Shown here: one piece after another, positions 8,245-18,782 of the stretch
How positions within the stretch are numbered: the stretch's first letter is position 1
Layout of the letters: every line of letters begins with the position of its first letter
Origin: Candidatus Jordarchaeia archaeon
GTDB taxonomy: Archaea > Asgardarchaeota > Jordiarchaeia > Jordiarchaeales > Jordiarchaeaceae
NCBI GenBank assembly: GCA_029856435.1
Contig: JAHQXB010000170.1
Location: 1-43,808 of the forward strand
Length of the DNA: 43,808 nt
Reading direction: 5' to 3'
The notes under the pieces: generated by a model
The model's database searches: none
What the model was told of the DNA's origin: nothing
The model's input: the letters and a program-made list of their open reading frames with translations, nothing else
Position numbers and translations under genes: made by a program

Positions 8245-8288
8245 AAATGTGTAAAACTATTTTTTAAGGCGCCAATTTTTACACATTT
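8245..8288. promoter_or_regulatory. 12-bp perfect inverted repeat upstream of the RpoM-like gene promoter
   Basis: AAATGTGTAAAA (8245-8256) and TTTTACACATTT (8277-8288) with a 20-bp spacer, just upstream of a minus-strand TATA-like element near 8221-8228. The region is AT-rich, so chance is possible. Confidence 0.3.
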
Positions 8289-8703
8289 ATATAAAAAAAG
8301 CATAAAAGAATAAAATTATTTATAAAAATAAAACAATATAATGAATTATTTTTTAAATAATAGTTGTTGTACTGAACTTAGCTAATTTTGAAAATTTCAA
8401 TGTTAGGCCCCTCCTTTGATAGAACCACCAAATTTTTTAGTATTATGTGCTTCTTTTCACAACCACTTTTACAGTTCATTTTTCTAGCATTAATAGGCGG
8501 TTAACTATTTTTCCTAGACCTACTCTTGTTTATCTGACTGGTTTTTCGCAAAATTAATATACTAATATTATTCCTTTTTAGAAAATGTCAATCCTACATA
8601 TATGCAAGAATCTCCACTGTGTCTTTGTATGTAGACGTAAATATTATTACAGTTGTATCAATTTTGACTAAGATTCTGTTAACGTATTTTGGAAGTATTG
8701 GTG

Positions 8704-9315
8704 ATGATTAAGGGAATTGTTTTTGATTTAGATGGAGTTCTAGTGGGTTTGAACCTAGATATGGATGTTTTACAGGAAAGACTGAAGGAAGTGTTTGAGG
8801 CTAGAATTGAAGCTCAAAAAATTTTTGGCACCTGTGAAAAATTGGCTTTGGAGGATTATGAACGCTACAGAAGGGCTATGGACGCTCTGGACAAGGTGGA
8901 ATTAGAAGCCATAGATAAGTCTATGGTAATTTTCCCAGAGTCGAGAAAGGTTCTTGAGAGTTTGAAGGAGAAATATGACCTTGTGCTTGTTACTCTACAG
9001 GGGAGGATCCCAGCGTACAAAGTGTTGGACATATTGGGCGTAAAGGATTTCTTTAAGGCTATCTTTACTAGAGAGGATTCTTTTTCTCGCCAGGAGCAGA
9101 TAAAGCTCGCCGTAGACTTTTTAAATTTCCAGTGCAATGAAGTTTTGGTGATTGGAGACAGAAGGAACGATGTGTATTGCGCTGAAAAAGTGGGATGCAG
9201 TGCTTTGATAATCAAGAGGCCCTACAAGGAGATAAAGGGAATGAGGGTTATAAGTTCACTTGAGGAGATTCCCGGACAAATCGAAAACATCAACAAAGAG
9301 AGGAGGGTAAGGTAG
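8704..9315 (+). CDS. HAD-superfamily hydrolase (phosphoglycolate phosphatase-like)
   Basis: FDLDGVL motif I, VT motif II and IGDRRND motif IV; start placed at ATG 8704. Confidence 0.88.
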   Translation: MIKGIVFDLDGVLVGLNLDMDVLQERLKEVFEARIEAQKIFGTCEKLALEDYERYRRAMDALDKVELEAIDKSMVIFPESRKVLESLKEKYDLVLVTLQGRIPAYKVLDILGVKDFFKAIFTREDSFSRQEQIKLAVDFLNFQCNEVLVIGDRRNDVYCAEKVGCSALIIKRPYKEIKGMRVISSLEEIPGQIENINKERRVR

Positions 9316-9364
9316 GATTTCTGATAAGCCTTCAGGAAGCTGGTAAAAAGTTTTTTACTGCCCT

Positions 9365-10057
9365 TTAGTGGTTTTTTTCTTTGTGGCGGAGTTCGAGTTC
9401 TGTAAATATTTTATCTAAGTTAATATTTTTGTATGCAAGTAGAATCATTATGTGGAAGAGCAGATCTGTAGCTTCATGTATTACTTCTTTTTCGTTATTG
9501 TTTTTTGCGGCTTCTGCGAGTTCGCCGGATTCTTCGCTTATTTTGTTAAGTATTTTTGCTTCACCCTCCTGTACTATTTTTGCCACATAGGAGTCAACGG
9601 TGGGCTTTTCTATTCGTTGTTTTATTATGTTGAAAACTTTTTCAAGTATCTTTGACTTTCCGTATACCTCTTCGGGTTCAAAGATTTTTTCTTCCGAAAT
9701 CTTTTCGCTTCCAACAATATTGTGGAAGCATGAAAAGTAGCCTTCGTGGCAACAAGCCTTAACCTGTTCCACCCTAAAGAGTAGTGCGTCACCGTCACAA
9801 TCATAATAGGCTTCCTTTACTATTTGATAGTGTTTTGACTCCTCCCCTTTCATCCATATTCTATTTTTTGTTCGGCTGAAATAGTGCATGTATCCTGTGG
9901 ATAGAGTTTTTATTAGGGCTTCTTTGTTCATAAAGCCCATCATGAGTACAGTATTTGTCTCGATATCCTGAACTATAGCGGGAACTATGCCATTCATCTT
10001 ACTAAAATCAAGTTTGGATAATAGAGCGTCTATGTCTTCAAGATTAAATGAGTTCAA
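9365..10057 (-). CDS. hisIE: Bifunctional phosphoribosyl-AMP cyclohydrolase / phosphoribosyl-ATP pyrophosphatase
   Basis: HisI motifs (YFSRTK..IWMKGEES, DCDGDALL, CCHEG..SCF) fused to a HisE domain (KISEESGE, HEATDLLFH). Confidence 0.93.
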   Translation of the reverse strand: MNSFNLEDIDALLSKLDFSKMNGIVPAIVQDIETNTVLMMGFMNKEALIKTLSTGYMHYFSRTKNRIWMKGEESKHYQIVKEAYYDCDGDALLFRVEQVKACCHEGYFSCFHNIVGSEKISEEKIFEPEEVYGKSKILEKVFNIIKQRIEKPTVDSYVAKIVQEGEAKILNKISEESGELAEAAKNNNEKEVIHEATDLLFHIMILLAYKNINLDKIFTELELRHKEKNH

Positions 10058-10067
10058 CTTTTTTTCC

Positions 10068-10868
10068 TCACAGTCTTACCAGTACATTTCTTTCTGCAAG
10101 ATATTTCTTTACTTCCCCTATGGAGTAGACTCCATAGTGAAAAATGGAGGCAGCCAGAGCTGCATCAGCTTTCCCCTCGGTTAGAACTTCATAGATATGC
10201 TCTAGATTGCCAGCTCCTCCAGAAGCTATTACGGGTATATTCACTTTTTCACATACCGCTCTTGTGAGAATTATATCGTATCCCGTTTTTGTGCCGTCGC
10301 AGTCCATACTTGTGAGGAGAATCTCTCCGGCACCCTTCTTCTCCACTTGCATCGCCCACTTGATAGCGTCTATTCCGGTGGGTTTTCGGCCTCCATAAGT
10401 GTACACTTCCCACCAGCATCTTCCCTGCGGTGTTTCCACTACAATTTTGTCAGGTGCCTCTTCGTAAACTCTTTTCGCGTCTATGGCGCAAACAATACAC
10501 TGACTGCCAAACTTCTGGGCGGCCATACGTATTAGTTCTGGTTTCTCCACCGCTGAGGTGTTTATAGCCACTTTGTCCGCCCCAGCACAGAGTATTTGTC
10601 GGATATCCTCTGTGCTTCTTATTCCACCGCCTACTGTAAAGGGTATAAATACTCTGTCCGCCGTCCTCTTAACCACATCTATCAAAATTTCGCGTTTATC
10701 GCTTGATGCTGTCACGTCCAAGAATACAAGTTCGTCGGCCCCTTGCCTGCTGTACAATTCACCCAGCTCGGGGGGGTCTCCTGCATCCCTCAAGTTTTTG
10801 AATTTTACACCCTTAACTACTCTGCCTCCAGTCATATCTAAGCAGGGAATTATTCTTTTTGCAAGCAT
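10068..10868 (-). CDS. hisF: Imidazole glycerol phosphate synthase cyclase subunit
   Basis: [43 protein letters not shown] and ALAASIFH motifs. Confidence 0.97.
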   Translation of the reverse strand: MLAKRIIPCLDMTGGRVVKGVKFKNLRDAGDPPELGELYSRQGADELVFLDVTASSDKREILIDVVKRTADRVFIPFTVGGGIRSTEDIRQILCAGADKVAINTSAVEKPELIRMAAQKFGSQCIVCAIDAKRVYEEAPDKIVVETPQGRCWWEVYTYGGRKPTGIDAIKWAMQVEKKGAGEILLTSMDCDGTKTGYDIILTRAVCEKVNIPVIASGGAGNLEHIYEVLTEGKADAALAASIFHYGVYSIGEVKKYLAERNVLVRL

Positions 10869-10871
10869 TTT

Positions 10872-11585
10872 TTAGACCCCCATACTAATTGCTTCCTTCA
10901 AGTCTATGCTTCCTTCAAATAAAGCTTTACCTATAACCACTCCACTAACACCAATCTTTTTGAGATTCAGAATATCATCAAGGCTTCGAATCCCACCCGA
11001 AGCTACCACCCTAATTTTTACGGATTTAACCAGCTTTTGCATAGTTTTTAAATCAACTCCCTTAAAAGTTCCGTCTCGCACAATAGAAGTGGATAGTATC
11101 CAGCCAGTCCCCAATGTCTCCATTTTTACTGCAGTTTGGAACAGGTTGTCCTGTGTAACCTTTTTCCAGCCCTCAACAGCAACTTTTTCTCCTTTGTAGT
11201 CCAAAGAAACCATAACATGTTTTGAACCTATTCTTTCAGCAAGTTCACTAACAATTTTGGGATTTTTAATGGCTTCGGAACCTAAAATTATTCTTTCCGC
11301 ACCCTGCGAATAAAGGTTTAGTGCTTTTTCGATATTCCTTATTCCTCCACCTACCTGCACCTTTGCGGAGAGGGTTTTAATTAAGCTGATTACAACGCTA
11401 AGATTGTCTCCACGACCTAGGGCCGCGTCCAAGTCTATTACATGGATTGCTTCTGCGCCCTCCCTCTCCCATCTTAGAGCTGCATCTATGGGATTTTCAT
11501 AGTACACCTTTGCGGTTTCTGGGGCGCCCTTAGTTAGTCGAACGCATCGCCCCCCCAGAATGTCCACTGAGGGCATGACCAACAT
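10872..11585 (-). CDS. hisA: ProFAR isomerase
   Basis: [33 protein letters not shown] and VASGGI motifs. Confidence 0.95.
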   Translation of the reverse strand: MLVMPSVDILGGRCVRLTKGAPETAKVYYENPIDAALRWEREGAEAIHVIDLDAALGRGDNLSVVISLIKTLSAKVQVGGGIRNIEKALNLYSQGAERIILGSEAIKNPKIVSELAERIGSKHVMVSLDYKGEKVAVEGWKKVTQDNLFQTAVKMETLGTGWILSTSIVRDGTFKGVDLKTMQKLVKSVKIRVVASGGIRSLDDILNLKKIGVSGVVIGKALFEGSIDLKEAISMGV

Positions 11586-11587
11586 TT

Positions 11588-12196
11588 TTACTCCTCACAC
11601 AGTTTAACAAAGTTTTTAAGCAATTTGATTCCCACTTCTCCCGATTTTTCTGGGTGAAACTGTGTCGCGTAAACATTTCCATACTGGATTATTGAGGGGA
11701 ACCTAACTCCATAATCAGTCCAAGCCACAGTCACCTTTGAATCTTCTGGTATGGCATAGTAGGAGTGAACAAAATAGACATATGAATTATCAGGTATACC
11801 TTCTATGAGAGATGAGCCTTTTTTCTCCAGAAGCAGTGTGTTCCAGCCTATATGTGGGATTTTGACATTGGGTGGAAGTTTGACTACTCTTCCCTTAACT
11901 ATGTTTAGCCCTTGGTATGATCCGTCTTCGGTGCTCTCGCTGAATAATAGTTGCATTCCCAGACATATTCCTAGTAGGGGTTTGCCCCTCTTAACGTATT
12001 TAAGAATAAAATTGGTAAGCGGCTTCAAGTTTTTTATTGCATCTCGAAAGGCTCCCACTCCGGGAAGGGCTAAGGCGTCTGAATTGGCTAACTCCTTTTC
12101 CCTACTAGAGACGACGCAGTTAGCTCCCACCATACGCAAAGCATTTTCCAAACTCCTCAAGTTTCCCATTCCATAGTCAATGATGCCGATGAGCAT
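11588..12196 (-). CDS. hisH: Imidazole glycerol phosphate synthase glutaminase subunit
   Basis: DYGMGNL, LPGVGAF, GICLGMQ, YFVHSY and QFHPEKS motifs. Confidence 0.97.
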   Translation of the reverse strand: MLIGIIDYGMGNLRSLENALRMVGANCVVSSREKELANSDALALPGVGAFRDAIKNLKPLTNFILKYVKRGKPLLGICLGMQLLFSESTEDGSYQGLNIVKGRVVKLPPNVKIPHIGWNTLLLEKKGSSLIEGIPDNSYVYFVHSYYAIPEDSKVTVAWTDYGVRFPSIIQYGNVYATQFHPEKSGEVGIKLLKNFVKLCEE

Positions 12197-12762
12197 TAGA
12201 GGGTCCCCTTTGCACTTGGTACCTCTTCTTCTCCTCTCCTAGGGTCTATACTAACGGCTTGTCTTAGGGATAGGGCCAAAGCTTTGAACACTGCTTCCAC
12301 CTTGTGGTGATTGTTGTTCCCATATAATACTTTGATGTGTAGATTCATATTCGCTGATTGTGCAAGTGAAAATAGAAAGTGTTCAATGTCCTCGGCTTCT
12401 ACATCTTCGATAGTAACTTCTTTTAGATTTATGTCTAGGTTCACGTAGCTTCTTCCACCAAGATCTATTGAGACCAGCACCAGAGAGTCATCCATTGGGG
12501 TGATTGCCCATCCGAATCGGAAGATTCCCTTCTTTTTCCCCAGAGCCCTATTTAGGGCTTCTCCCATAGTTAGGGCGACGTCCTCGATTATGTGGTGGCT
12601 TAGGTCTCCCTGTGCCTCTATGCTAAGATCTATGAGGGAGTGTTTTGAAAGTGTTTGTAGTTGATGTTCAAGGAATTTTATGCCTGTTTGTATGTTTCCT
12701 TTTCCGGTTCCATCAAGATTTACTTCAACTTCCACTCTGGTTTCCAGAGTCTCTCTTTTCAC
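12196..12762 (-). CDS. hisB: Imidazoleglycerol-phosphate dehydratase
   Basis: RETLET, TGIKFLEH, HHIIED, PMDD and NNHHKVEAVFK motifs. Confidence 0.95.
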   Translation of the reverse strand: MKRETLETRVEVEVNLDGTGKGNIQTGIKFLEHQLQTLSKHSLIDLSIEAQGDLSHHIIEDVALTMGEALNRALGKKKGIFRFGWAITPMDDSLVLVSIDLGGRSYVNLDINLKEVTIEDVEAEDIEHFLFSLAQSANMNLHIKVLYGNNNHHKVEAVFKALALSLRQAVSIDPRRGEEEVPSAKGTL

Positions 12763-12772
12763 CTTAGCGGTT

Positions 12773-14011
12773 CTAATTTTTCATCACCTCCAAGTTGGTA
12801 AAGAGAGGTGATAAATCATTTGGGGAGGGTAATATAATGTCGGCATCCAGTGAAATGAATTTTTTAAATAGCGATTCCCTATCGGCTGTTGCATACAAGA
12901 CCCCTATGCTTAAAACAGAATATGTGCCTTGTTTCTGTGCTTTTTTTGCTGCTATTATGTCGGAAACAGTGTCTCCAACATAGCCAAATATCCTTTTTGG
13001 AGGTTTTATCCTGTCTGCTACCGTTAACAGTGAGTAAGGGTTGGGTTTTTCTAGACTTATTTCTATGCCTTTGCTTCGAAGATTTTTTTCAGCCAAAGTT
13101 ATGTCCTCAAGGAAAACAGAGGAATCTAGGTCAAAATAGTTTTCATAGTTTTTAAGTCTTTGAAGTATGGGGAGTGTTTGGCTGCGCTGGCGGCTGGATG
13201 CAATGCCGAACCTAGAGAAGCCCAGCTTCGAAATCAAGGTTTTAAGAACTTGCTCCTCTAGTATGAGCTTTTCGTTCTCTATAAGGCCGGTTCCCTTATA
13301 GAATATGGGGTTGGTTCCATAGACATTCTTGAATACTTCGCTTCCCGAATATATTTCCTCAAAGTATCTCTTAATTATATTGAGGTCGTAGATTGATTCT
13401 TGATAAAGACATAAATTCTCTAAAATTTTTGACGCTTGATCAAAAGTTATCCCTAGGCTTTCAGCTAGCTTATTTTTTGCGTTTTCTTCAGCTGAGGGTA
13501 AACCACTCTCATCCAGTGAATCCACATAGTTCTTAAGACTCCAGTCGCCAAAGCGGCTGGAAGCTAGCCTTATGGAGTTGAAGCCAGCCGATTTACACAG
13601 GTTTCCAAACTCTTCCAGTTTGTGCAACTTGGACTCTAGGTTCCCGTTCCCCTCCACTAATGCTAAGAGTTTATTTTTGTGATTTTTAATGTTTATTAGA
13701 AGGAGGGTTACGAAGTATAGGATGACACCATAAGTTAGATGCCAATCATTGTTGAAGCCTCCCGAGTTTTTAAAGAGGCTTATTTCCTCAGAGGTGATAA
13801 AATCACCCGTAATAGGGCCCAACTTCAGGATTTCTGTGAGGTACCATTTTGTAGTTTTGATTATCGCCGTTATGAAGGAGTCTGAGACATCTATCAGAAC
13901 CCCGTCACAGTCAAATATCAGACATCTTAAATGTTCCAAGAGATCAGCTGAGGATTTTTTCACGTATCCTTTATCGCCAGTGGGCAATTGGAGTTCGAAA
14001 TAATTTTTCAT
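12773..14011 (-). CDS. Large-cap HAD hydrolase in the his cluster; candidate histidinol-phosphate phosphatase
   Basis: FDCDGVLID, IASSR, EKPNP and YVGDTVSD HAD motifs. It sits between hisC and hisB and overlaps the hisC stop. Confidence 0.75.
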   Translation of the reverse strand: MKNYFELQLPTGDKGYVKKSSADLLEHLRCLIFDCDGVLIDVSDSFITAIIKTTKWYLTEILKLGPITGDFITSEEISLFKNSGGFNNDWHLTYGVILYFVTLLLINIKNHKNKLLALVEGNGNLESKLHKLEEFGNLCKSAGFNSIRLASSRFGDWSLKNYVDSLDESGLPSAEENAKNKLAESLGITFDQASKILENLCLYQESIYDLNIIKRYFEEIYSGSEVFKNVYGTNPIFYKGTGLIENEKLILEEQVLKTLISKLGFSRFGIASSRQRSQTLPILQRLKNYENYFDLDSSVFLEDITLAEKNLRSKGIEISLEKPNPYSLLTVADRIKPPKRIFGYVGDTVSDIIAAKKAQKQGTYSVLSIGVLYATADRESLFKKFISLDADIILPSPNDLSPLFTNLEVMKN

Positions 14012-15123
14012 GGCTCCTCACTGAATGCTTCTTTAATAGAGTCTAGTAGCCTTTGATTTATTTTTCTTGGCCCTAATGTTATTCTCAGGCAGTTGTTAAG
14101 TAATGGAAGATCGCTCCGGTCCCTAACTAGGATTCCTTTACTTAAAAGTTTGTTCTGTAAGGATTTGGCAGTATAGTGCGGTTTGACAACCCTCAAAAGT
14201 AGGAAATTAGCCTGTGAAGGATAGGCTTTCAAGTTTTCATTCTTATTTAACTGGTTGTATAGAAATTCCCGTTCCTCCTTTACTTCCAATATTTTTTTGT
14301 ATAAATAGTCCCAAGAGTCAATTAGCACGACCACCATTTTCTGGGCCAGTTTATTAACGTTGTAGGGAACCACAGTTTTTCTTATGATGTCTGCTAGTTC
14401 AGAATTGGTGGCGGCGAACCCTATTCTTAGTCCAGCTATTCCAAACGATTTAGAAAAGGATCTCAGAACTATCAGGTTCTCATAGTCATTAATCCATTTA
14501 AGCAGCGTGTAATCTGCGAAGTCAGCGTAGGCCTCGTCAACTGCCACAATACAGCCGCTTTCCTCTATGATACGTTTAATGCCTTCTTTGGGGTATTGGT
14601 TTCCTGTGGGATTGTTGGGGGAACAGAGAAATATGATTCTTGTCCTAGGTGTTACCGATTTAAGTACAGCCTCCACGTTGGGTGAGAAGTCCTCGTTTAG
14701 AAGAACTGTCTGGGGTTTTCCATTTAGCAGTAATGTGAAGAAGCGGTATATACCGAAGGTGGGTTCCAGTATAATGGTTTCGTTTCCTGGCTCGATGAAG
14801 ACTTTGGTTAGAATGTCTAAAACTTCGTCTGAGCCGTTACCCAAAACGATTTCAGAGCTTTCTAAAGCAAAATGTTCTGCTATCGCCTCTCTGGTTTCAA
14901 CGGTTTCTGGGTCGGGATATGATCGAAGGTCCAGTGTGGAGATCGCCTCTCTAATTTTTTCCAGTATCCACTCCTTTTCTATGAAGAGGTTTTCGTTGGC
15001 GTGGAGTGGTAGTATGTCTTCTTTGGAAACACCGAGTTGCTTTGCCAACTCTTCGGGAGAGATCTCTCCCTGATATGGTTTAAAGCCCAATACTATTTGG
15101 CGTATTAGTTTTTCATTTTTCAC
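14008..15123 (-). CDS. hisC: Histidinol-phosphate aminotransferase
   Basis: LHANEN, GNGSDE, SPNNPTG, DEAY and RSFSKSFGIAGLRIG motifs; start placed at GTG 15123, overlapping the hisD stop. Confidence 0.95.
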   Translation of the reverse strand: MKNEKLIRQIVLGFKPYQGEISPEELAKQLGVSKEDILPLHANENLFIEKEWILEKIREAISTLDLRSYPDPETVETREAIAEHFALESSEIVLGNGSDEVLDILTKVFIEPGNETIILEPTFGIYRFFTLLLNGKPQTVLLNEDFSPNVEAVLKSVTPRTRIIFLCSPNNPTGNQYPKEGIKRIIEESGCIVAVDEAYADFADYTLLKWINDYENLIVLRSFSKSFGIAGLRIGFAATNSELADIIRKTVVPYNVNKLAQKMVVVLIDSWDYLYKKILEVKEEREFLYNQLNKNENLKAYPSQANFLLLRVVKPHYTAKSLQNKLLSKGILVRDRSDLPLLNNCLRITLGPRKINQRLLDSIKEAFSEEP

Positions 15124-16405
15124 TCTTAAACCTCGCTTTAATCGATTCTGCGTGAGCGTATAAGCCCTCAAATTCAGCTAGAGTAACCACAGTTTCGGCC
15201 AATCCCTTAAGGCCAGCATGAGAGCATTCAATAACACTGATGGTCTTCACAAAGTTATATGAGGACAGACCCGAGTAAGCCTTGGCGTATCCTCCTGTGG
15301 GTAGAACATGGTTTGAGCCCGCGGAGTAATCACCCACTGCTACTGGAGAGTAAGACCCCAGAAATATTGCTCCCGCATTTTTCACTTTTTTTAAAAGAGA
15401 TTTGGGAGATTTAACATGAATTTCCAAGTGTTCTGGAGCATAATTGTTTGAAAATTCCACCGCTTCGTCCAAATCCCGTGTAACAAGTATCCATAGGTTC
15501 TCCAAGGATTCCAAAAGTATTTCCTTACGTGGAAGAAGTTCCAAGAATCTATTTATGGAACTCTCAACTTTGTGAGCTAGTACCTCTGAGGTGGTGAGAA
15601 GTATCACTTTGGCTTGGGGGTCGTGTTCCGCCTGTGAGAGCATATCCGCCGCTATAAAGTTAGGGTCTCCAGTGTCATCAGATATTATGAGCAGTTCACT
15701 GGGGCCCGCGGGAAGGTCTATCCTAACGTGTCTACTAACTAAAAATTTTGCTGCCGTCACGTAAATGTTGCCGGGTCCGAATATTGCTTCAACTTTTGGA
15801 ATCACTTCAGTTCCATAAGCCATTGCAGCTATTGCTTGGGCTCCTCCAACTTTATAGATCTCTGTAACTTCCGCCTCACTACATGCTACAAGTATTGCAG
15901 AGTTAATGGTTCCATTCTCCTGGGGCGGTGTACAAACAATTATTTGTTCTACGCCCACCAATTTGGCGGGAACTGCGGTCATTAAAACTGTTGACGGGTA
16001 GGCCGCCCTACCTCCAGGTACATAAATCCCCACCCTTTCCAAAGGTCTAATTATCTGAGAAACATTAACTCCAGATTGAGTATTGCAGGAAAATTCATTT
16101 ATCTGTCTCTCATGAAATTTTCGAATGTTAACCATAGATCTGTTAATGGCTTTAAGCAATTTCGGGGGCACATTTTTGTAAGCGGAGTTAATCTCTTCCT
16201 CTGAAACTCTGAGCTTATCTTTAGAGATAAATACCTTGTCAAAATTAAAGGTATAGTCAATTACGGCTTCGTCTCTTCTTTGCTTCACGTCATCCACTAT
16301 GCTTTGCACTGCTGGAAGTATTTTTTCCAACTCCAAATTGTAACGGTATACTATAGCCTGCTTTTCCTCGTTAGTCAGTGAACTCAAACCTCTAATTTTT
16401 ACCAT
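15113..16405 (-). CDS. hisD: Histidinol dehydrogenase
   Basis: YVPGGRAAYPS, GGAQAIAA, GPGNIYV, PAGPSE, QAEHD, APEHLE and GSNHVLPT motifs. Confidence 0.97.
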   Translation of the reverse strand: MVKIRGLSSLTNEEKQAIVYRYNLELEKILPAVQSIVDDVKQRRDEAVIDYTFNFDKVFISKDKLRVSEEEINSAYKNVPPKLLKAINRSMVNIRKFHERQINEFSCNTQSGVNVSQIIRPLERVGIYVPGGRAAYPSTVLMTAVPAKLVGVEQIIVCTPPQENGTINSAILVACSEAEVTEIYKVGGAQAIAAMAYGTEVIPKVEAIFGPGNIYVTAAKFLVSRHVRIDLPAGPSELLIISDDTGDPNFIAADMLSQAEHDPQAKVILLTTSEVLAHKVESSINRFLELLPRKEILLESLENLWILVTRDLDEAVEFSNNYAPEHLEIHVKSPKSLLKKVKNAGAIFLGSYSPVAVGDYSAGSNHVLPTGGYAKAYSGLSSYNFVKTISVIECSHAGLKGLAETVVTLAEFEGLYAHAESIKARFKSEK

Positions 16406-16500
16406 TCCATACACTCCAAAATTTGGTACTCTTCACATCAAAAACCTAAGATTCTAAAGCAAGTAACATTCAACCGAATATCTGTTAAATTTTTGGTGAA

Positions 16501-17802
16501 TTATTTTACTCCTTGCAGGTAACTAATTAGATTTCCAATTTTTACTAATTCTTGCATCTCCTTCTCCATATTTCTGACCACTACTTCTCCCTGTTCGAAT
16601 TCCTTTTTACCCACTATGACTACGTATGGTATTCCCATCTTATTTGCCCGTTCTAATCCTTTACTCAGCTTCCTTTCCAAAATATCCAGTTCTGTGGACA
16701 ATCCATTCTCTCTCAAACTCTTTGAAATTCTTATCGCCTCTCCCTTCAGTTCCTTATCTATATAGAGTACGAGTATCTGTGGCTTCTTTTTTAGTGGAAA
16801 GTTAAATCCCTGCCTTTCCAAGGCTAGGTGGCAGCGGTCTACACCGATGGCGAATCCAGTTGCGGGAAATGACCCCCCGCCGAACTGTGCTACTAAGTCA
16901 TCATAGCGTCCACCGCCCCCCACCGCTATTCCTAGGCTTTGAACGAATCCCTCAAAAACTGCACCCGTGTAATAATCAATTCCCCGCACTATGCCCAAAT
17001 CCACCATAATATACGAATCCAAATCGTATAGCTTCAGAATTTTAACAATATCAGATATATTTTGTATACAGGCTTTCACCTCTTCGTTTTCAACCCTATC
17101 AAGAATCTTTTTTGTTACTCTGACATCTCCCCTGAGGTTTGGAAGCATCCGAAAAACATCCTTCATACTGGAGCTCACATCAACCTCTTTAAGTGCTGTC
17201 TCTAAACCCTCCTCGTCCTTCTTATCTATTGATCTTCGAATGGCGGCCGCCTCCTCCAGAGAAAGGCCTGCCTCTTTAACTATAGATTTAAAGAGTCCCA
17301 CATGACCCAATTCCACCACAAGCCCCTTCAGTCCGATTCCACTTAGAGTGGTGATAAATACGGCAATCACCTCCGCATCGGCATCTGGTAAACTGCTTCC
17401 ATAAAGCTCAATGCCCGCATGCCAAAACTCTCTCTGGCGCCCGGACTGAGGCTCCTCATAACGGAACATGGGAGCCAAATAATACATTCGCATCGGAATA
17501 GGGTGATTTCTAAGCTGAGTGGCTACTACACGCGCAATGGGGCTGGTCATTTCCGCCCTCAAAGCTAACTGGCGTCCACCCTTATCCTTGAAACGAAACA
17601 TGCTCTCCTGTAGTTCTTGACCAGTGCCTGTAGCAAGCGAATCAAAGTATTCAAAGGTGGGTGTTCGAATCTCTTTAAAGCCCCAAAGCTCAAAATTTGT
17701 ACGCATTTTATTCTCAATATAACTTCTTTTTTCCATGTAATCGAAGTAGTAATCTTGAGTTCCCTTAGGAGTTTTAAGCTTAAAAGAAAGGTTCTTACTC
17801 AC
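16501..17802 (-). CDS. hisS: Histidyl-tRNA synthetase
   Basis: PKGTQD, FRYEEPQSGRQREF, RGIDYYTG and GGGGRYD motifs plus a complete C-terminal anticodon-binding domain. Confidence 0.85.
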   Translation of the reverse strand: MSKNLSFKLKTPKGTQDYYFDYMEKRSYIENKMRTNFELWGFKEIRTPTFEYFDSLATGTGQELQESMFRFKDKGGRQLALRAEMTSPIARVVATQLRNHPIPMRMYYLAPMFRYEEPQSGRQREFWHAGIELYGSSLPDADAEVIAVFITTLSGIGLKGLVVELGHVGLFKSIVKEAGLSLEEAAAIRRSIDKKDEEGLETALKEVDVSSSMKDVFRMLPNLRGDVRVTKKILDRVENEEVKACIQNISDIVKILKLYDLDSYIMVDLGIVRGIDYYTGAVFEGFVQSLGIAVGGGGRYDDLVAQFGGGSFPATGFAIGVDRCHLALERQGFNFPLKKKPQILVLYIDKELKGEAIRISKSLRENGLSTELDILERKLSKGLERANKMGIPYVVIVGKKEFEQGEVVVRNMEKEMQELVKIGNLISYLQGVK

Positions 17803-18782
17803 CTTTTAAACCTCCAAAAGACGCATTATATAAGTGGCTGGAAGGACTAAAAACAAATGCCAAAAATTGAAGACTCTTAGTAAGTGTGGAAACGGTCAGC
17901 TCCAGCCACCGTACTGCACCTCAAACAAGAACGTATTTCTGAGACATTAAAATGTAATATGTCCAACAATAGAAGCGTTGGCTTCTGCAGTTTTCCTAAA
18001 GCATTGGATGATATAAACTTTCTGGTACATTTTTGGGGGACCCCGTCTTAAGTATGTAGCTTCTCTTCTATGAGTCAATCGTTTGATTCTTCTCAAAAAA
18101 AGGAGGCTTAACAGGGCTTCCTTCCAAATAGGCCTAAAAAATGGTAAGACTGGCTAACCCTGCACACATACCATGTCAACAAACTACATACTTACAACAA
18201 GGTCTCCATTTTTGGTGCTGCCAAACCAGCGCCACTCATCGTGGGCGGATTCGTGACGTGTAAAAATGTCTTGGTTTAAACTTCATTTGGCGTATAGGAC
18301 AAGGGGAAAATTCCTCTTAATAAGGCGTAGAATGTGACAAAAATTTACGAACAAACACTATCCCCACGATGGAAGACCAAGGAAACTGCTTATCTTTTGT
18401 GTATGTAAATTTACAAGGCCACATATTTTTTGAACAGTCTTGTTGCTGCTTATCGGTATGTAGGTTCAAGGTACATCTAAAAAGATTCAATTTTCTTTTA
18501 TTGTAGTTATCCACAAATACACAACTTAACTCCCCTACTAGGTATAGAATTTAGAAAAAAGGGAACCGCTCACCTCACTTCTAGCCAATAAATAAGAATT
18601 ATACAACGAATATACACTTCAAGCCAAAAACATCTATCACGTAGCTAAAATTGTTAATATGCTGTCAAAAAGCGATTAAAATTAAAAAGTTATAAAAATT
18701 CAGATTTAGTAAAAAGAGTTTGAATAACAGCATAAAAATCCATAGTATTATTTATATTTATATACAGGAGTTCTATAAACCT

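Noticed and set aside
16501-17802. Calling this gene hisZ
   Set aside because: It retains a complete anticodon-binding domain and the histidine-binding RGxDYY and GGGRYD motifs; HisZ normally lacks the C-terminal domain.
17850-18520. Possible decayed gene upstream of hisS (fragments such as LGKLQKPTLLLLD; considered hisG or an alpha/beta hydrolase)
   Set aside because: There are multiple stops in all frames and no convincing motif series; a tBLASTn search would be needed.
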